From contig OX597826.1 in assembly GCA_951406725.2 (NCBI GenBank), forward strand, positions 75,206,001 through 75,270,000: a stretch of DNA of 64,000 nt, in the 5' to 3' direction. Origin of the DNA: Octopus vulgaris (lineage: Eukaryota). Positions 43,185 through 57,116 of this stretch are shown one piece after another. The notes beneath the pieces are model-generated. The model did no database searches, was not told where the DNA came from, and worked only from the letters and a program-made list of their open reading frames with translations. A program made the position numbers and the translations under genes. Numbering within the stretch: the first letter of the stretch is position 1; each line of letters begins with the position of its first letter.

Positions 43185-45291
43185 TTCTTAACAATGAAAA
43201 CTATCAATATTCGACTCACAATATATGAATATGGTTGTTGATTTCTTTTCTATAATTTTTTCCAAACAAATATTCCTTCAACTATATGTCCATCAACTGT
43301 ACTGCAAAGTCCTTTATAAATTTGGCTAAGTCCATTTAGAATGCAAAATTATTTTGTATTTATTCCAGGCATGGATTATAAAAGCGTTGCTAATAATCTC
43401 ACTCCGAAGAAACCTTTCACCTTAATTCACCAGATTTTAGATAAACATGGTTGTATTTGTTCCATATAACATTTTTCCTTTGTCTCTTAAAGATGATAAA
43501 TATTGATGATGCTTCTGATTTGAAAAAAGAGGATTTTCTATATCAGTGTCACATGATATTCTGAAACAATAAAGAAAAGGTCGTAAGATATAGAGGACAT
43601 TTAAATAGAGGACATTTACTGAGAAATTGTAAAAGTAAACCTTTATCTGAATTTATTCAGTGCATTTGAACATTTTAACGAGTATATTTATATTATAAAA
43701 GAGAAGCGAAATACATATATTAGATATATATATCGAAATTGAACCAATCCTATGACTGGCAGTTGCCAGTGCCGCTGGACTGACTCCTATGCAGGTGGCA
43801 AGTAAAGAAACACCGTTTCGACCCTGTGCCTGAGGAGACAGATTGAGTCATGTACATCAACATCAAAAATAAATGGAAATTGTGGTTGTGATCCCTGTGC
43901 CGGTGGCACGTAAAAAGCACCATCTGAACGTGGCCGGTGCCAGCGCCGCCTTGACTGCACGTAAAAAGCACCAATCCGATTGTGACCATTGCAAGCCTTG
44001 TCTGGCACCTGTGCCGGTGGCACGTAAAAAGCACCCACTACACTCACGGAGTGGTTAGTGTTAGGAAGGGCATCCAGCTGTAGAAACACTGCCAGATCAG
44101 ACTGGAGCCTGGTGCAGCCTTCTGGCTTCTTAGATCCCAGTCGAACCGTCCAACCCATGCTAGCATGGAGAACGGACGTTAAACGACGACAATGATGATG
44201 ATATATATATATACATTGTATCATAAAAAATGTTTGTCTTCAGACCGAAATTTTTGCTTAAATTCTTGCAATGGTCCACCCTTTGGTGCATCATCATTTC
44301 ATTAAATGTAATCGGGGAGGGGGGGAGGATATTGAGAAACATCAATAAGTAACAAAGAAACGAGGAAGGTATCAAGTGGTTGTGAGATATGCTAAAAATA
44401 ACAGCTAAATCGCCCTTAAATTACACAGACACATTTTTTTTTTGCATAATTATATGAATTCCCGAGTGTAGAACAGAAATTCGCAAACATTTTCAGAAAA
44501 TTTCCCAAAATAAAGAAGTTGTGAGGGGTTACATGGATGCTTAAACCAGAATTCTGCCAAAAATTTTCCCGAGGGTAGGGAGAGAAGTTTCGGAAAATTC
44601 ATATATATATATGAATGTACAAGTGAGTGTGTTTTTCCCCACCATCGCTTGACAACCAGCGTTGGTTTGTTTATGTCTTCGTAACTTGGTGAGTTCGCCA
44701 AAAGAAACCGATTGAATAAGTACCAGGTTAAAAAAAGAAACGTAGTAAATGTGGTTTCGGTTTTATCATTAGTGGTGACTTTACACAATTTAAAAACATT
44801 TACTTTTTCTGTAGAATAGGAAAAAAGGAAATAAAATCACGTTTGACTGTCAGGCTGAGAAGAAAACTTTCCAAACCAGTGATCATGGGTTCGATTCCAC
44901 AGCATCGCCCGAAGTCCAATAAATGAAACAAAAACATAATGGTAAAAGTGTGGTTGGAACGGAAGATATTTTTAAAAATACGACATCGAAGAAATAATTT
45001 TTCAAGAATGGAATGGTAATTTCAGGACGAAGGGGAGAAAAGGATTTGTCGAAATGATGGGTTATTAAATGCAAATTAGAAGGGTTATAATTGTTTCATA
45101 ATGTGGAATACAAAAAGTAACGAAAAGAAATCGTGAAAAGTGGGAAAAGGGGCGTGCTTTTTTTTTTTTTTTTTTGCTTTCTAAATGCGAATTAGAAATT
45201 ATTCTGAATGTGGAATATAATAGAATGACGAAGAATTATTAAAAAAGAAAAAAAAATCATCAGCAATTCCGAAGGCTCAACAGGGAGGAAG

Positions 45292-45297
45292 AGATAG

Positions 45298-45337
<40 letters not shown>

Positions 45338-45352
45338 TGAAAGAGAGAGAGA
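45292..45352 (+). repeat. (GATA)n(GA)n compound microsatellite
   Basis: Directly visible. Confidence 0.95.
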
Positions 45353-45833
45353 TTTCGAAAACAAGCGAAAATACATAAAGACTGTTTTTTTAAAAAAAAG
45401 CAATTTACATGTTTTGCGTTATGCGATTCTATAAAAAACCGAAAAATGCCAAAGAAGAAAGAAATAGACCTCCAAGAAGCTCCATTTCATTGGTGATAGC
45501 GATTCCGAAAGCCACTCATTTCGACAAAGGAAATTACGATTCTGATACAAAATTTTGGCGGATTATCGTAAAATATTAAATTGAGGAAAGGGGAAAAAAG
45601 CCCCTCCCAATTCTTTGTCCTTTTCTCTTATATAAATTTTAACCCCAGAAATACTCACTCCTCGTTTTGTCTTTATATTCTCTTTGATAAATTCAATTAA
45701 GACGAGAGAAAGTTCTTCACCGGAAATGGTTCTGTTAGATGCTGGGCGGAAGTAATAAAATCTGGATAAACATTTATTATCATAAATACTAGCATACCCG
45801 TGTCGTCAAAAATGCCCACAGTTTTATTAATGA

Positions 45834-46209
45834 CTAGCAGTATCGCCCGGCGTTGCTCGGGTTTGTAAGGGAAATAACTATATAAGCATTTTTAGAGAGT
45901 TATAGCCAAAAAATGCATTAAAAATGGAAAACAAATGATGGTAAATTTTTTTTTAAATCGTTGACATTTTTAGAGAGTTACTTCCCTTATATAATAGCGA
46001 AAAAATGCATTAAAATGGAAAAAGATGATGGTAAATTTTTTTTTAAATCGTAGACTCATCGTGGACGCGCGCTAATACCCAGAAGGGCTCGATATGAATC
46101 ACGACTATAAGATACCCGGTTTTGGTTAAACTGCACCGCAAAATGTGGGAATAGTTAGGAATCTAAATCGTAGGAGACAGACACACAACCTCTCTTTTAT
46201 ATATAAAGA
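45834..46209 (-). mobile_element. Non-autonomous Helitron in the ZNF-D promoter
   Basis: A|TC...hairpin...CTAG|T on minus. Same family as 29641-30040. Confidence 0.9.
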
Positions 46210-46589
46210 TATAGAGTGGCTCATCAACACAAAGGAAGAAAGCATTGCTAAATGTTAGCTATGTAGGGATCTTTTCACTTTGACCGGCAGGCTTCACTCT
46301 TCTTTCGTTGTCATTATATATATATATGTATGTATGTATATACACACACACGTTTATATATATATATACATACATATGCTTTTATATATACACACATTTA
46401 TATAGACATCTCTCTGTATATATACGTATGTATGCTTTGACATCTCTCTCTCTCTGTATTTATACATACATATTTATATACAACTACGGATGTGCATACA
46501 TATACATACGTTCATTCACTTAATATCTATGTATATGTGTGTTATATGAGCAATATTTTGAAAACATAAGTGTTTAATATTTAATTTCA

Positions 46590-47834
46590 TCTAATATAAT
46601 AAATGCGATTGTCTGTGTGTCACACTTTCCCATCTTGACTCCTAGAGGCCGTAGGCCAACATATTGTATTTTGGGATAGAAGTTAAGGGGAGATAACTAA
46701 TAAAAGAAGTAAAGGGAAGTCAGTCAAATGAGTTCACATCACACCAAAATTAGTTTAGTTTGAAATCGATCGAGATGTGATGTGGAAGACCAGCTGCACT
46801 GCAGTTGATTGAACCCGAGTGGAAATCCTCAATCACAAGACAATATTTGAAGAATCGTGGAATATTTCTAAATTTCCAGAAACATGCAACAACATTCTTC
46901 AATGGTTGGCCACGACGTCGTTCAGTTATGAACAGGTATACCTGTGAAAAGGTGGCGAGCTGGCAGAAACGTTAGCACGCCGGGTGCAATGCTCAGCGGT
47001 ATTTCGTCTGTCGTTACGTTGTGAGTTCAAATTCCGCCGAGGTCGACTTTGCCTTTCATCCTTTCGGGGTCGATAAATTAAGTACCAGTTACGTACTGGG
47101 GTCATGTAAACGACTTAATCCGTTTGTCTGTCCTTGTTTAGCCCCTTGTGGGTAGTAAAGAGATAGGTATACCTGTGAATATTGCGATTCACCATGTGGC
47201 CTTATCACACTTGGTGACATTATTGGCAGAAAACTTCGGTACTGCAAGCTTTGTATAACGTGAAAATCAATCCATCACAGGTTGTACTTTGACAAAAGCC
47301 ACATGCCCCTGTATAATGCCCTTTTAATCATTAATTGTTGGTCACGCGATATATCGCAAAATATGATGCATGGATCTTCTATACAAAGAACTACGATTGT
47401 AGATTGGAGTAATTTCTGTTGACCAATATGTGATGCTCAGCTCAAACAAAATTCAATGCAAACTGGTGGCAGACTTCAGTTTCCAATGTGAGTGAGCTAT
47501 GCACTGTCAATCAATAAGGTCCCAAGTACAATCACTGAAAGTAACTGGGCCTCGTCTGATGGAACCCTACTTTTCTCACGGCCAGCTCTATGTTGGTTGT
47601 TCAAGGATTAAGAATGGAAACAAGCTATTTGTATTGATCACAAAAGGGAAAACCAAAAATGCTGTTTATCCTGCAGCTTTGCAATAAGTTCTAAATAGAC
47701 AAATTATATCATTGTTTTGATGAAAACTTGTTTGTAAAATATTGTTCAAGTTTAATAAAATTTAATATGTACTCAAAGTATGAAGTGTCGTTGCTGAGCC
47801 CGAGGCCCAATAAAGAGATCTCTGCAGGAGCTAG
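46590..47834 (+). mobile_element. Deleted, decayed Helitron with a helicase C-terminal remnant
   Basis: 5' A|TCTAATATAATAAATGCG. Peptide SQVQSLKV...FSHGQLYVGCSR...KTKNAVY (PIF1-family C-terminal motifs) at 47499-47687. CTAG at about 47831. Confidence 0.7.
46949..47164 (+). mobile_element. Full-length tRNA-derived SINE with 15-bp TSD, nested in the Helitron
   Basis: TSD AGGTATACCTGTGAA at 46934-46948 and 47165-47179. A box TGGCAGAAACG, B box GAGTTCAAATTCC. Confidence 0.9.
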
Positions 47835-50800
47835 CAAAAAGCCACCCAACAGAGTGACTTTTAAGCTAAATATATTTATATATATATATTATGTATGTGT
47901 GTCAATACTCTTTTACTTGTTTCAGTCATCTGACTGCGGCCATGCTGGAGTACCGCCTTTAATCGAGCAACTCGACCCCGGGACTTATTCTTTTGTAAGC
48001 CCAGTACTTATTCTATCGGTCTCTTTTGCCGAACCGCTAAGTAATGGGGACATAAACACACCAGCATCGGTTGTCAAGCAATGCTAGGGGGACAAACACA
48101 GACACACAAACATACACGCACACACATATATATACATATATATGACAGGCTTCTTTCAGTTTCCATCTACCAAATCCACTCACAAGGCTTTGGTCGGCCT
48201 GAGGCTATATAGTAGAAGACACTTGCCCAAGGTGCCACACAGTGGGACTGAACCTAGAACCATGTGGTTGGTAAACAAGCTACTTACCACACAGCCACTC
48301 AAGAGTAATAACTAAGTACAACTTACAGTTTATTTTAATCAAAATACCAGCATCTCCAGAGCAAAACCATTGGATGCTGTTCCCCTGCCTTCAGTGTCTC
48401 CATCACTCACTCCCACTCTGTTTGTTGTTGTACTCCTCTCTCTCCTCAGTGTGACTGATGACACACACACACTGCATATTATTATTATTATATGTAAGAT
48501 AAGAAATAAGAGAAGCAAGCTGGCAGAAGTGTTAGCCTTTCAGGCAAAATGCTTAGCGGAATTTCCTCAGTCCTCTGGTTCTGAGTTCAGATTCTGCTGA
48601 GGTTGACTTTGCCTCAAGGCACGAGGTGAGGGGGGGGGGGCAGAAACAAGCTGCACGAGCTGGCAGGGGTTTGCAAGAGTTAGAGAAAACAGCTATAAAG
48701 ATTGGGTTGAAGGGAGTGATGGATGAGGCAGAAGAAAGATGCAGAAGAGAGCAGCAGGAGGCTAGTGATGACGATACACAAGAGAAAAGATGACACGTGG
48801 CTGGGTAGGCTGCAGGGGATGGAGGAGAGAAGCAAGTACAATGCATGAGGAGAGATAATTTGTTGGACGTGGTGGGACTTGATCGATGTAATATGTGGGT
48901 ATAGGGAACACTATTTATGGATGAAGAATGGCCAACCAATGAAATGGTTCCAGGTCGTCAGAAATAAAGTGGTGTCAAGGGAGAGAGAGAGAGATGATAG
49001 GAGTCAGAATGAGCCGAGGAGATTCGGTGAGGTGCGTATTTGTGCACGGATGTGAAATGATGATATACGTCTGCAGGGGTGACATCCCATCACTATTTAC
49101 TTTTATGCCCTTCCTAACGCCAACCACTCCGTGAGTGTAGTGGGTGCTTTTTACGTGCCACCTGCACAGGTGCCAGGCGAGGCTGGCAACGGCCACGATC
49201 AGATTGGTGCATTTTATGTGCCACCAGCACGGAAGCCAGTCGAGGCGGCACTGGCATCGGCCACGATTTGGATGGTGCTTTTTACGTACCACCAGTCCAG
49301 GGGTTCTGACATCTGCCGGGTGCCAGTCATAGATTGGTTCAATTTCGATTTCGATGTTGGATGTTAAATGATGATGATGATGATGATATACATCTGCAGA
49401 GGTGACATCCCATCACTATTTACTTCTATGCCTCTCCCACTGATTCTTCCTCACTCTCCCCTCAAGACGTAAGGAGTCATATATCTTCAACAACCTCTCT
49501 CATGCCTTAAACCTCATCTCCTAGCATATCCTGCCACCCATTTAGGTTTTCTAGCCTTGTAGTGTTGCATGCCAACCCCACTGGTGCCAGTGGCATGAAA
49601 AAAGCACCCAGCACATACGCGATCGTGTCAAATAGTCCAATGTCTTGCCAGCATAGAACATGTACTGTAAATGATGTGAAGGGTCATGTTCGTATACTCA
49701 GACTTTTGTACATGTTGAGTGCTTATTTAGTTGTGTATGTTTCACTGATACTGTGCACATGAAATTCACTACGAATACAGTCTCAGCACATTTACTTTTA
49801 TTATTATTTTAATTAGAAATCATCATCATCATCGTTTAGCGTCCGCTTTCCATGCTAGCATTGGTTGGACGGTTCTACTGGGGTCTGTGAAGCCAGAAGG
49901 CTTCATCAGGCCCAGTCAAATCCTAATGCCAACCACTCCCTGAGTGTAGTGGGTGCTTTTTACGTGCCACCCGCAAATGATTGTAACAATTAGGAGGGTG
50001 ATAAATTGAAAAAAGGACGAGTGTTGTGGATTTAATTTCAATTTCTTGTTTTAGCCAACATCTTGCTTGATTTTTACCAAGTTCAACTACTGATTTCATT
50101 TACCTGGGGTTAATAATTAACAGTAATATACCGTGGTTAATGTATGTCACTCTCCAACACCTCATTCCACAAATATTTGTAATTTTACTCTACTGAAAAT
50201 GTAAACCTAATCCATTGTTCTTAAAATATATCAATAAATTTGTTGCTCTAGGCAAAGTTCTGCAAGGAAACCCTTATACGTTACTGTTACTAACTTCTAT
50301 TGGTTCCTCATTCAAATAGAATCAGCACAACAACTCAACTCACAACAATGCCTTCCTTAAGCTAAGTAAAGAAGAATAATAAATCCAGACTCCTTGTTTA
50401 CAATTGCAAATGTTAGGACGTGCACATTCCTTTTGAAAAATATTTTCACTATTTGTAAGCTGATGAGAAATGTCCATTCAACACATCATCATTGTTTAAT
50501 GTCTACTTTCCATGCAAGCATGGGTTGGATGGTTCGACTGGGGTCTGGGAAGCCAGGAGGCTTCAGTCTGATCTGGCAGTGTTTTTACAGCTGGATGCCC
50601 TTCCTAATGCCAACCACTCCATGAGTGTAGTGGGTGCTTTTTTGTACTGATAATTACTGTTCATACAATGCTGACAGCATTCCACCAAGCAAATAAGATT
50701 TCCAGTAATTCTATCTCTAAAAATATTCTTGTCTTAAATGTACCTTTTGTGTTGCCATGTTCATTATTGTTGATATAAACAGCAATCAAACATGTAAATT

Positions 50801-50871
50801 TTTATACCACAATATGTATTCAAAATGCATATGATGAAATCACATTTTAACATTATCTGAGAATGGGAAAT

Positions 50872-51109
50872 ATATTCTGTTGTGACAGGGGAGAGTCATT
50901 TTCTTTTTGTGCCTTATTATGTAACACACTCACCAGTAAAATTTCCACTTTTTTCTTATTTTTATTGCCCTAAAACTACTGAAAAGTTTGCAAGATGCAA
51001 TGAAAATTTTAGGACAATAAAAATAAGATAAAGGGGAAATTTTACCGGTGAGTGTGTTACATAATAAGGCACAAAAAGAAAATGACTCTTCCCAGACACA
51101 ACAGAATAT
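50872..51109. repeat. Near-perfect foldback (about 105-bp arms, about 27-bp loop), MITE-like
   Basis: ATATTCTGTTGTG...GAGTCATTTTCTTTTTGTGCCTTATTATGTAACACACTCACC is mirrored at about 51005-51109. Confidence 0.9.
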
Positions 51110-51552
51110 GCTTCAACACATGAACTCATATAAAGAATCTTGCAAACCAAATTCCAAAAGGGAAATAGATTGCTTTTAGGCAGCCTTTGACTTGTCTCCC
51201 ATCAACCAACTCACTAAATCACATCTCAACTGAAATCATTACAAGACTTGGTTAGATGTTCTAAATACAAAACAGGAGAAAAATAATTTAAGAGTGAACC
51301 AGTTCTATTTAGATTCCAAACTGTTATGGATATTCACTAAGGTCGGTGCAGTCAGAATTCTGGAATTTGAAATTTACAGTTAAAATGATGAAATGTCTGA
51401 GAAACATTGACAATGGACACAAGAATATGACTCCACACACTTTGTATTATGTAAAGTTTAATACCACAATGACACTTGGAAAATAACATAGCCATGACTT
51501 CTCTCATATGAACACATTAGTTAATAGATTAAACAACAATCTACCTCAATTA

Positions 51553-52515
51553 TCACAAATGATATGATTTCTCTTTAGCATGAATACGTTTGTGTACAGT
51601 TACCGCAGTACGTTGAGAGAATGATTTACCACAAATATCACAATGAAATGGCTTTTCTCCTGTATGAATACGTTTATGTCCCTTTAAATCATAACTCCGA
51701 ATAAATGATTTACCACAGATATCACAATGAAATGGTTTTTCTCCTGTGTGAATACGCTTATGATCAGTCAAAGAATTATTTCGAGGGAACGATTTACCAC
51801 AGATATCACAATGATATGGTTTTTCCCCTGTATGAATGCGTTTATGTCCCTTTAAGATACTACTTTGAACAAATGCTTTACCACAGATATCACAAGGAAA
51901 TGGCTTTTCTCCAGTATGAATTCGTTTGTGTCCTGTCAAGGCACTATTTTCATGGAATGTTTTGCCACAGATATCACACCGATATGGTTTCTCTCCTGTA
52001 TGAATGTGTTTGTGTACAGTTAGTTCGTCATTTCGAGAGAATGATTTGTCACAGATATTACAGTGATAGGGCTTTTCTCCTGTATGGATACGTTTGTGTT
52101 TAATTAGCTGATTACTTTGATTGAACGATTTACCACAGAAGTCACACTGAAATGGTTTTTCTCCGGTATGAATGCGTTTGTGATCAGTCAAGTTGGTACT
52201 GTTGGGGAATGATTTACTACACATATCACATTGATATGGTTTCTCTCCTGTGTGAATACGGATGTGATTAGTTAAAATATCTTTACGAACGAATGATTGA
52301 CCACAGATATCACACTGATATGGTTTCTCTCCTGTATGAAGACGTTTATGAATAGTTAACTCACTATTTCGAGAGAACGATCTACCACAGATATCACAGT
52401 GATATGGTTTCTCTCCCGTATGAATACGTATGTGAATAGTAAGGTAACCTTTTGTAGTGAATGATTTTTTACAAGTGTCACACTCATATGAAGACTTTGC
52501 CAACTTTTTTGCCAT
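51553..52515 (-). CDS. ZNF-E: C2H2 zinc-finger protein, 11 fingers
   Basis: 320-aa intact array from [10 protein letters not shown]. Exon starts at 52896, exon 1 at about 54942-55035. Confidence 0.92.
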   Translation of the reverse strand: MAKKLAKSSYECDTCKKSFTTKGYLTIHIRIHTGEKPYHCDICGRSFSRNSELTIHKRLHTGEKPYQCDICGQSFVRKDILTNHIRIHTGEKPYQCDMCSKSFPNSTNLTDHKRIHTGEKPFQCDFCGKSFNQSNQLIKHKRIHTGEKPYHCNICDKSFSRNDELTVHKHIHTGEKPYRCDICGKTFHENSALTGHKRIHTGEKPFPCDICGKAFVQSSILKGHKRIHTGEKPYHCDICGKSFPRNNSLTDHKRIHTGEKPFHCDICGKSFIRSYDLKGHKRIHTGEKPFHCDICGKSFSQRTAVTVHKRIHAKEKSYHL

Positions 52516-55500
52516 TTCTTTAGACTAAAGAATAAGTCATTTAAACAATTTTTCTTCTTTCAATGAAGTATGTTTTTTATTTTCCTTTTTATATTTCTAA
52601 CAAACACACCTTCTGTTTTGTGTCCATCAACTGTGATCTATGCTGCAAAGCCGTTTATAAATCTAAGTTTATCTACAAGGCAAAAATTATCTCTTATTTA
52701 TTCTAGACACTGACATACACAAATATTGCTAATAGTCTCACTCAGCGGAAACATTTTATCATAATTCATCAGTTTTATATAAACATGGTTACAATTATTC
52801 TGCGTAACATCTTCCGTTGTCTTTAAAAGATGACAATTATTAATGATGCCTCTGATGTGATAAAAAGACAACTTTATACCAGTTTGAACCAGGATCCTGA
52901 AATAAGAAAAACAGTGTAAGATATAAAGGATACTTAAACAGCAGAAATTTTATGTTGTTTCAATAGTGATAAATTGTAGACATGAACGTTGAATAGAACA
53001 ACTGAATTCCTGAAGTCTATCTATATTTTTACATTCTATCATAACAATTAATCAGACACTCTGTCGGTTACAACAATGATCCGATCAAAAGAGCAGCCTG
53101 CTTATGAAATTAATGTGAAAGTGGTTGAGCACTCCACAGACATGTGTAGTCTGAACATAGTTCTCAGGACAGAGAATGTAACAAGGCTGGCTCACTGAAT
53201 TACAGATAGAACCTATTTTAGCCAGCTGGGTGCATTGGGGCAACATAAAATAAGGTGTCTTGCACAAGGACACAAAGCAACCCCTAATACTGAACTCATA
53301 ATTATGAGCTGAATACCCTAACATCATCAACGTTTAACGTCCGTTTTCCTTGCCAGCATGGGTTGGATGGTTCGACCGGGGTCTGGGAAGCCAGGAGGCT
53401 GCACCAGGCTCCAGTCTGAGGGAAATAAATAGATTAGAGATGTAAAAGATAGAAGTCTCCTTGTCTCTATGTTGTCTGATTATAGGAAGCAAGTGTCACT
53501 GTCATACAAGAAGTATCATTTGTTCCTAGTCTTCTGTGAACACACCTGGCAAAGGAGCAACATTACCTTAATTGGAAACAAGGAGAGCATATGACATTAT
53601 TATTTTTTCCATGCTGTAATATTTCTGATACGACCCCTTTTAGTTGCCTCCTATAGCATTTGGGGATACTGTGTACATATTCTATATTATATTGTAGTAC
53701 ATATATAAACATACATGTTATGATATCATAGATGAAAATATACAGATCAACCTTGACTTATGACCATCAGTAGCTATGACTCACCAGTAATTAATTAAGA
53801 GAGAGCTGGCCATACTATCACATGTAATCTACAGTTGTTTCATTCTATGATTTCAACAATTCTTCAGAACAAGGAACAAATTTTGGGTGCAGTAAAGGAT
53901 TCAGGTACCATGTAGACAACAATAATATCATACTTTTCTTCAATTAGAATATTCTTTTCTATTTTTTTTTTTAAAATCTAAAATGATCATTTTATAGGTA
54001 CTTGCCCACGTGTTAAAATATTAAATTGGGGATCCACAATAGTCATTTAAGGGCACCTGAAAAAATTTGCTTTAGATGTATCTGTTGATATGTATTGCAA
54101 AACAACAGCTAGGTTTTTTTTCTAAATGTGTGAAAAACAAAATAGGAATTTTGAAAGTTTCTATTAAACTAGTTTTTAAACATCGAATGGCTTTGGTGGG
54201 GTGGGCACCAGAATAAAACAATAATCAAAGGGATCCATAGATGAAAAAATGGTTGCGAACCCGCTATAGAATGACGAAGAATAACGGGAAAGAGAGCAAG
54301 GATTATGTTAATCAGAAGGCGCAACAGGAAGGAAAAGAGGGGCAGTAACATTAAAAAACCAAAAAAAACCAAAGATTTTGTAAAACAATTTTTCTTTTAG
54401 AAAAGCGATTTAGTTTTGCTGCGATTTTCGCAATATGGGATTCTATAAATTATCGAAATACCGAAAAAAATAAAAAAACCTTCGAGAAATTCCATTCAAT
54501 TAGTGGCAGCTATTCCCAAAGTCACTCCATTTTTTGTAGAATCCACAGCCTGTCTGTGGATGCTGTCAACGTTGGATCGGCAAAATTTCAAGAATGGTTC
54601 ACAATTTAAAAACTATATATATGTAGCCTAAACTTACACTGGAAGCCTATCCATTTAATATTAAATGTTTCCTGTGATTTTTTTTACTGGGGTTTATCAC
54701 TGTCGTTACTTGAAAAGCAATTTACTTTCACTTTTTTGCGTCGCTAAATTGCAATCTTACCCTCGGAATTATAGAAATTTTGGCGGATTATCCTAAAATA
54801 CTAAGATGATGAAACTGAGGGGGAAAAAAAAAACCTTCTCAATTCTTTGTCCTTTACCTTTCCCATGAAGAAATGACAGTTATTACGAAATTCCACCGTG
54901 AAAAATGTTTTATATAAATTTAAACACTAACAAATACTCACTTCTCCTCTCACCTTCGTATTTTCTTCGAAGAATTCGATCAACAACTTTCTTGTTGTTC
55001 ACCGGAAATGGTTCTGGAAGATGCGGAGCGGAAAAGAGATAAGATCCGGACAAAAAGTTGAATTGATATTTTTATTCCTTTTTCTTCTTTTTCTATTTTT
55101 ATTCCTCTTTTCCCATTCTCCTCCCGATTTTGGATTCGTATTTTTAATGTAGATTTGTATTATATATGTATTATATACACATACGTGTTATATTCCAATA
55201 AAAGTTACAACCTCACCACAACAAAAAAAAAATAATAAAAAGTTGGTAAATTTATAAAAAAGCACACAGGGGTTGTCGGTGAGAACATTTTTTGGCGATC
55301 CTTCGGTATAAGTACCGGAAATGGCTTTGTTTACATTTCTGAAGATAACAGAAGCCCTTTTCTCCCACCCCCAATCCTAACCCTTTTTCTCAGTTGATTT
55401 TTCGTGTGTTTTCAAGTAATTTGACCCCTCGAACACGCTCGCGATCGACTTCTTTCTCTCCCGGAAGCGAGGGTGAGGTGGGTAGGGTATGGGGCAGGGG

Positions 55501-55689
55501 GTCCCTTGGAGAATTTTTTTTACCTTTATTTCTCCGTGTCTTTTCAACGAATCTGACCTCAAACTCCTACACATTCGACTCTTTTTCTTTTCTTTTCACC
55601 TCGGAAACAGAAGTGAGTAGATGGGGAGCAGGAGGGGCCCTCGATGATACAGATAAGCTCCAGTAAAAGTACCCACTGTATATATAAAT

Positions 55690-56065
55690 CTGTTGTAGAA
55701 TTACTGTGAAATATTTCCTCTGATCTAAGAATAAGAGCAACAGTTCTCTAAATCATTGTCCTGAATGTCTACAAGATAATTTTGCAATTTAATTAAACTT
55801 TGAAGGAATTTTCTAAGGAGTTTGTAGCAGCATCTTAAGACTTTGATAAAGACCTCAGTAGAAATATAGACTTAGAAGTATTGGGTCAGAATAAAATATA
55901 AAATCAATGACAAGTAAAATATCTATTTATTGTAGTCAGAGAAGACAAAAATCACAGAGAAATGAATACTATGAGAAATTTAAAAGATCGATTTTCTTCT
56001 TGAAATGACACCAAAAAAGATAGGAAAATCATTTAAGTATTGTGATATCTGTAAAAGGTCTGTGT
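55690..56065 (+). pseudogene. ZNF-F relic: partial 5'UTR plus only the first half-finger
   Basis: ATG 56005 MTPKKIGKSFKYCDICKRS, then unrelated C/T-rich repeat sequence. Upstream ATTTCCTCTGATCTAAGA resembles the ZNF 5'UTR. Confidence 0.55.
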
Positions 56066-57116
56066 TGCGCCGTTCCACCTACACGTAACAAGAAAACTTT
56101 TCACTCACCCTGCCCCAACAAACCAAATTACATCTCTTCTCTTCCTCACTCTCCAGTCCTGTCCTCACGACCCTCTTCACTGTATCATTGCTGTCCAGTA
56201 GTCCCCACCCCTCTATATACTCAGGTTCCCCCCTTCTTTCTCTATTCATGCCCCTTTAGCAATGTCCTACCATTTATATTATGACCGCCGTACGTCAAGG
56301 GTATGCCCTGGCACTTCGCCACCATCTCTCTCTTGCTATCTCCCTCCCCTCTATCCTTCTCTTCCCCCAGGCTGGGCAACCATGTATCTCCTTCGCAGCA
56401 ACACATCCGTTTCCGTCCTCATTCTTAATCACTTTCTCGTTCTCCTCTTTGACCGGATAACCATGCACTTCCTCTACAGCAAGACACCTATTTCTGCCTC
56501 TCTGTCTCCTTTCATCATCTTCTCCAATACACCCGCCCCTTTTAAATAAATTTTCTCTTGCAAATTACTTGGTGGCCCTGTCAGTGCAGGTGCCACTTAA
56601 AAAGCATCCAGTCCACTCTGTAAAGTGGTTGGCATTTAGAAGGGCGTCCGGCTGTAAAAAACCGTGCCAAAACAAATAATAAAACAAACCAAAATACCAG
56701 TCAGTTTGCACAAACTTATGAAAAAGTGCTTATGATATGTCGGCAATAATTATGTCTCCTTTCCCAACATACATAAACTACAACTGCTACGAGTCTTACC
56801 TTATTTAATGACTTGTTATTTTTGTCAAATTTTCAATGTCATTTTTTTTGTATAATCATTCGCTCATCTGACCCCAAAATCAGATTGTATTGTCCCCTCT
56901 TCGTTGGCCCCTTGTGGGTGATAAAAAATCAATTATTTAATGACTTGTGGCCTTCACGAAACATTTTCTAATTATCTAAATGAACATTTTTTTTAGAAAT
57001 ATGAAAGCAAAGATAAGCTTTTAGCCGCCTGTCAGCTTTATGCCACGAATGGATGACAACAAAACCAAAGATGTGGTGTGTCCCACTGGCGGTCGATTGT
57101 GGTTACATAACACATC

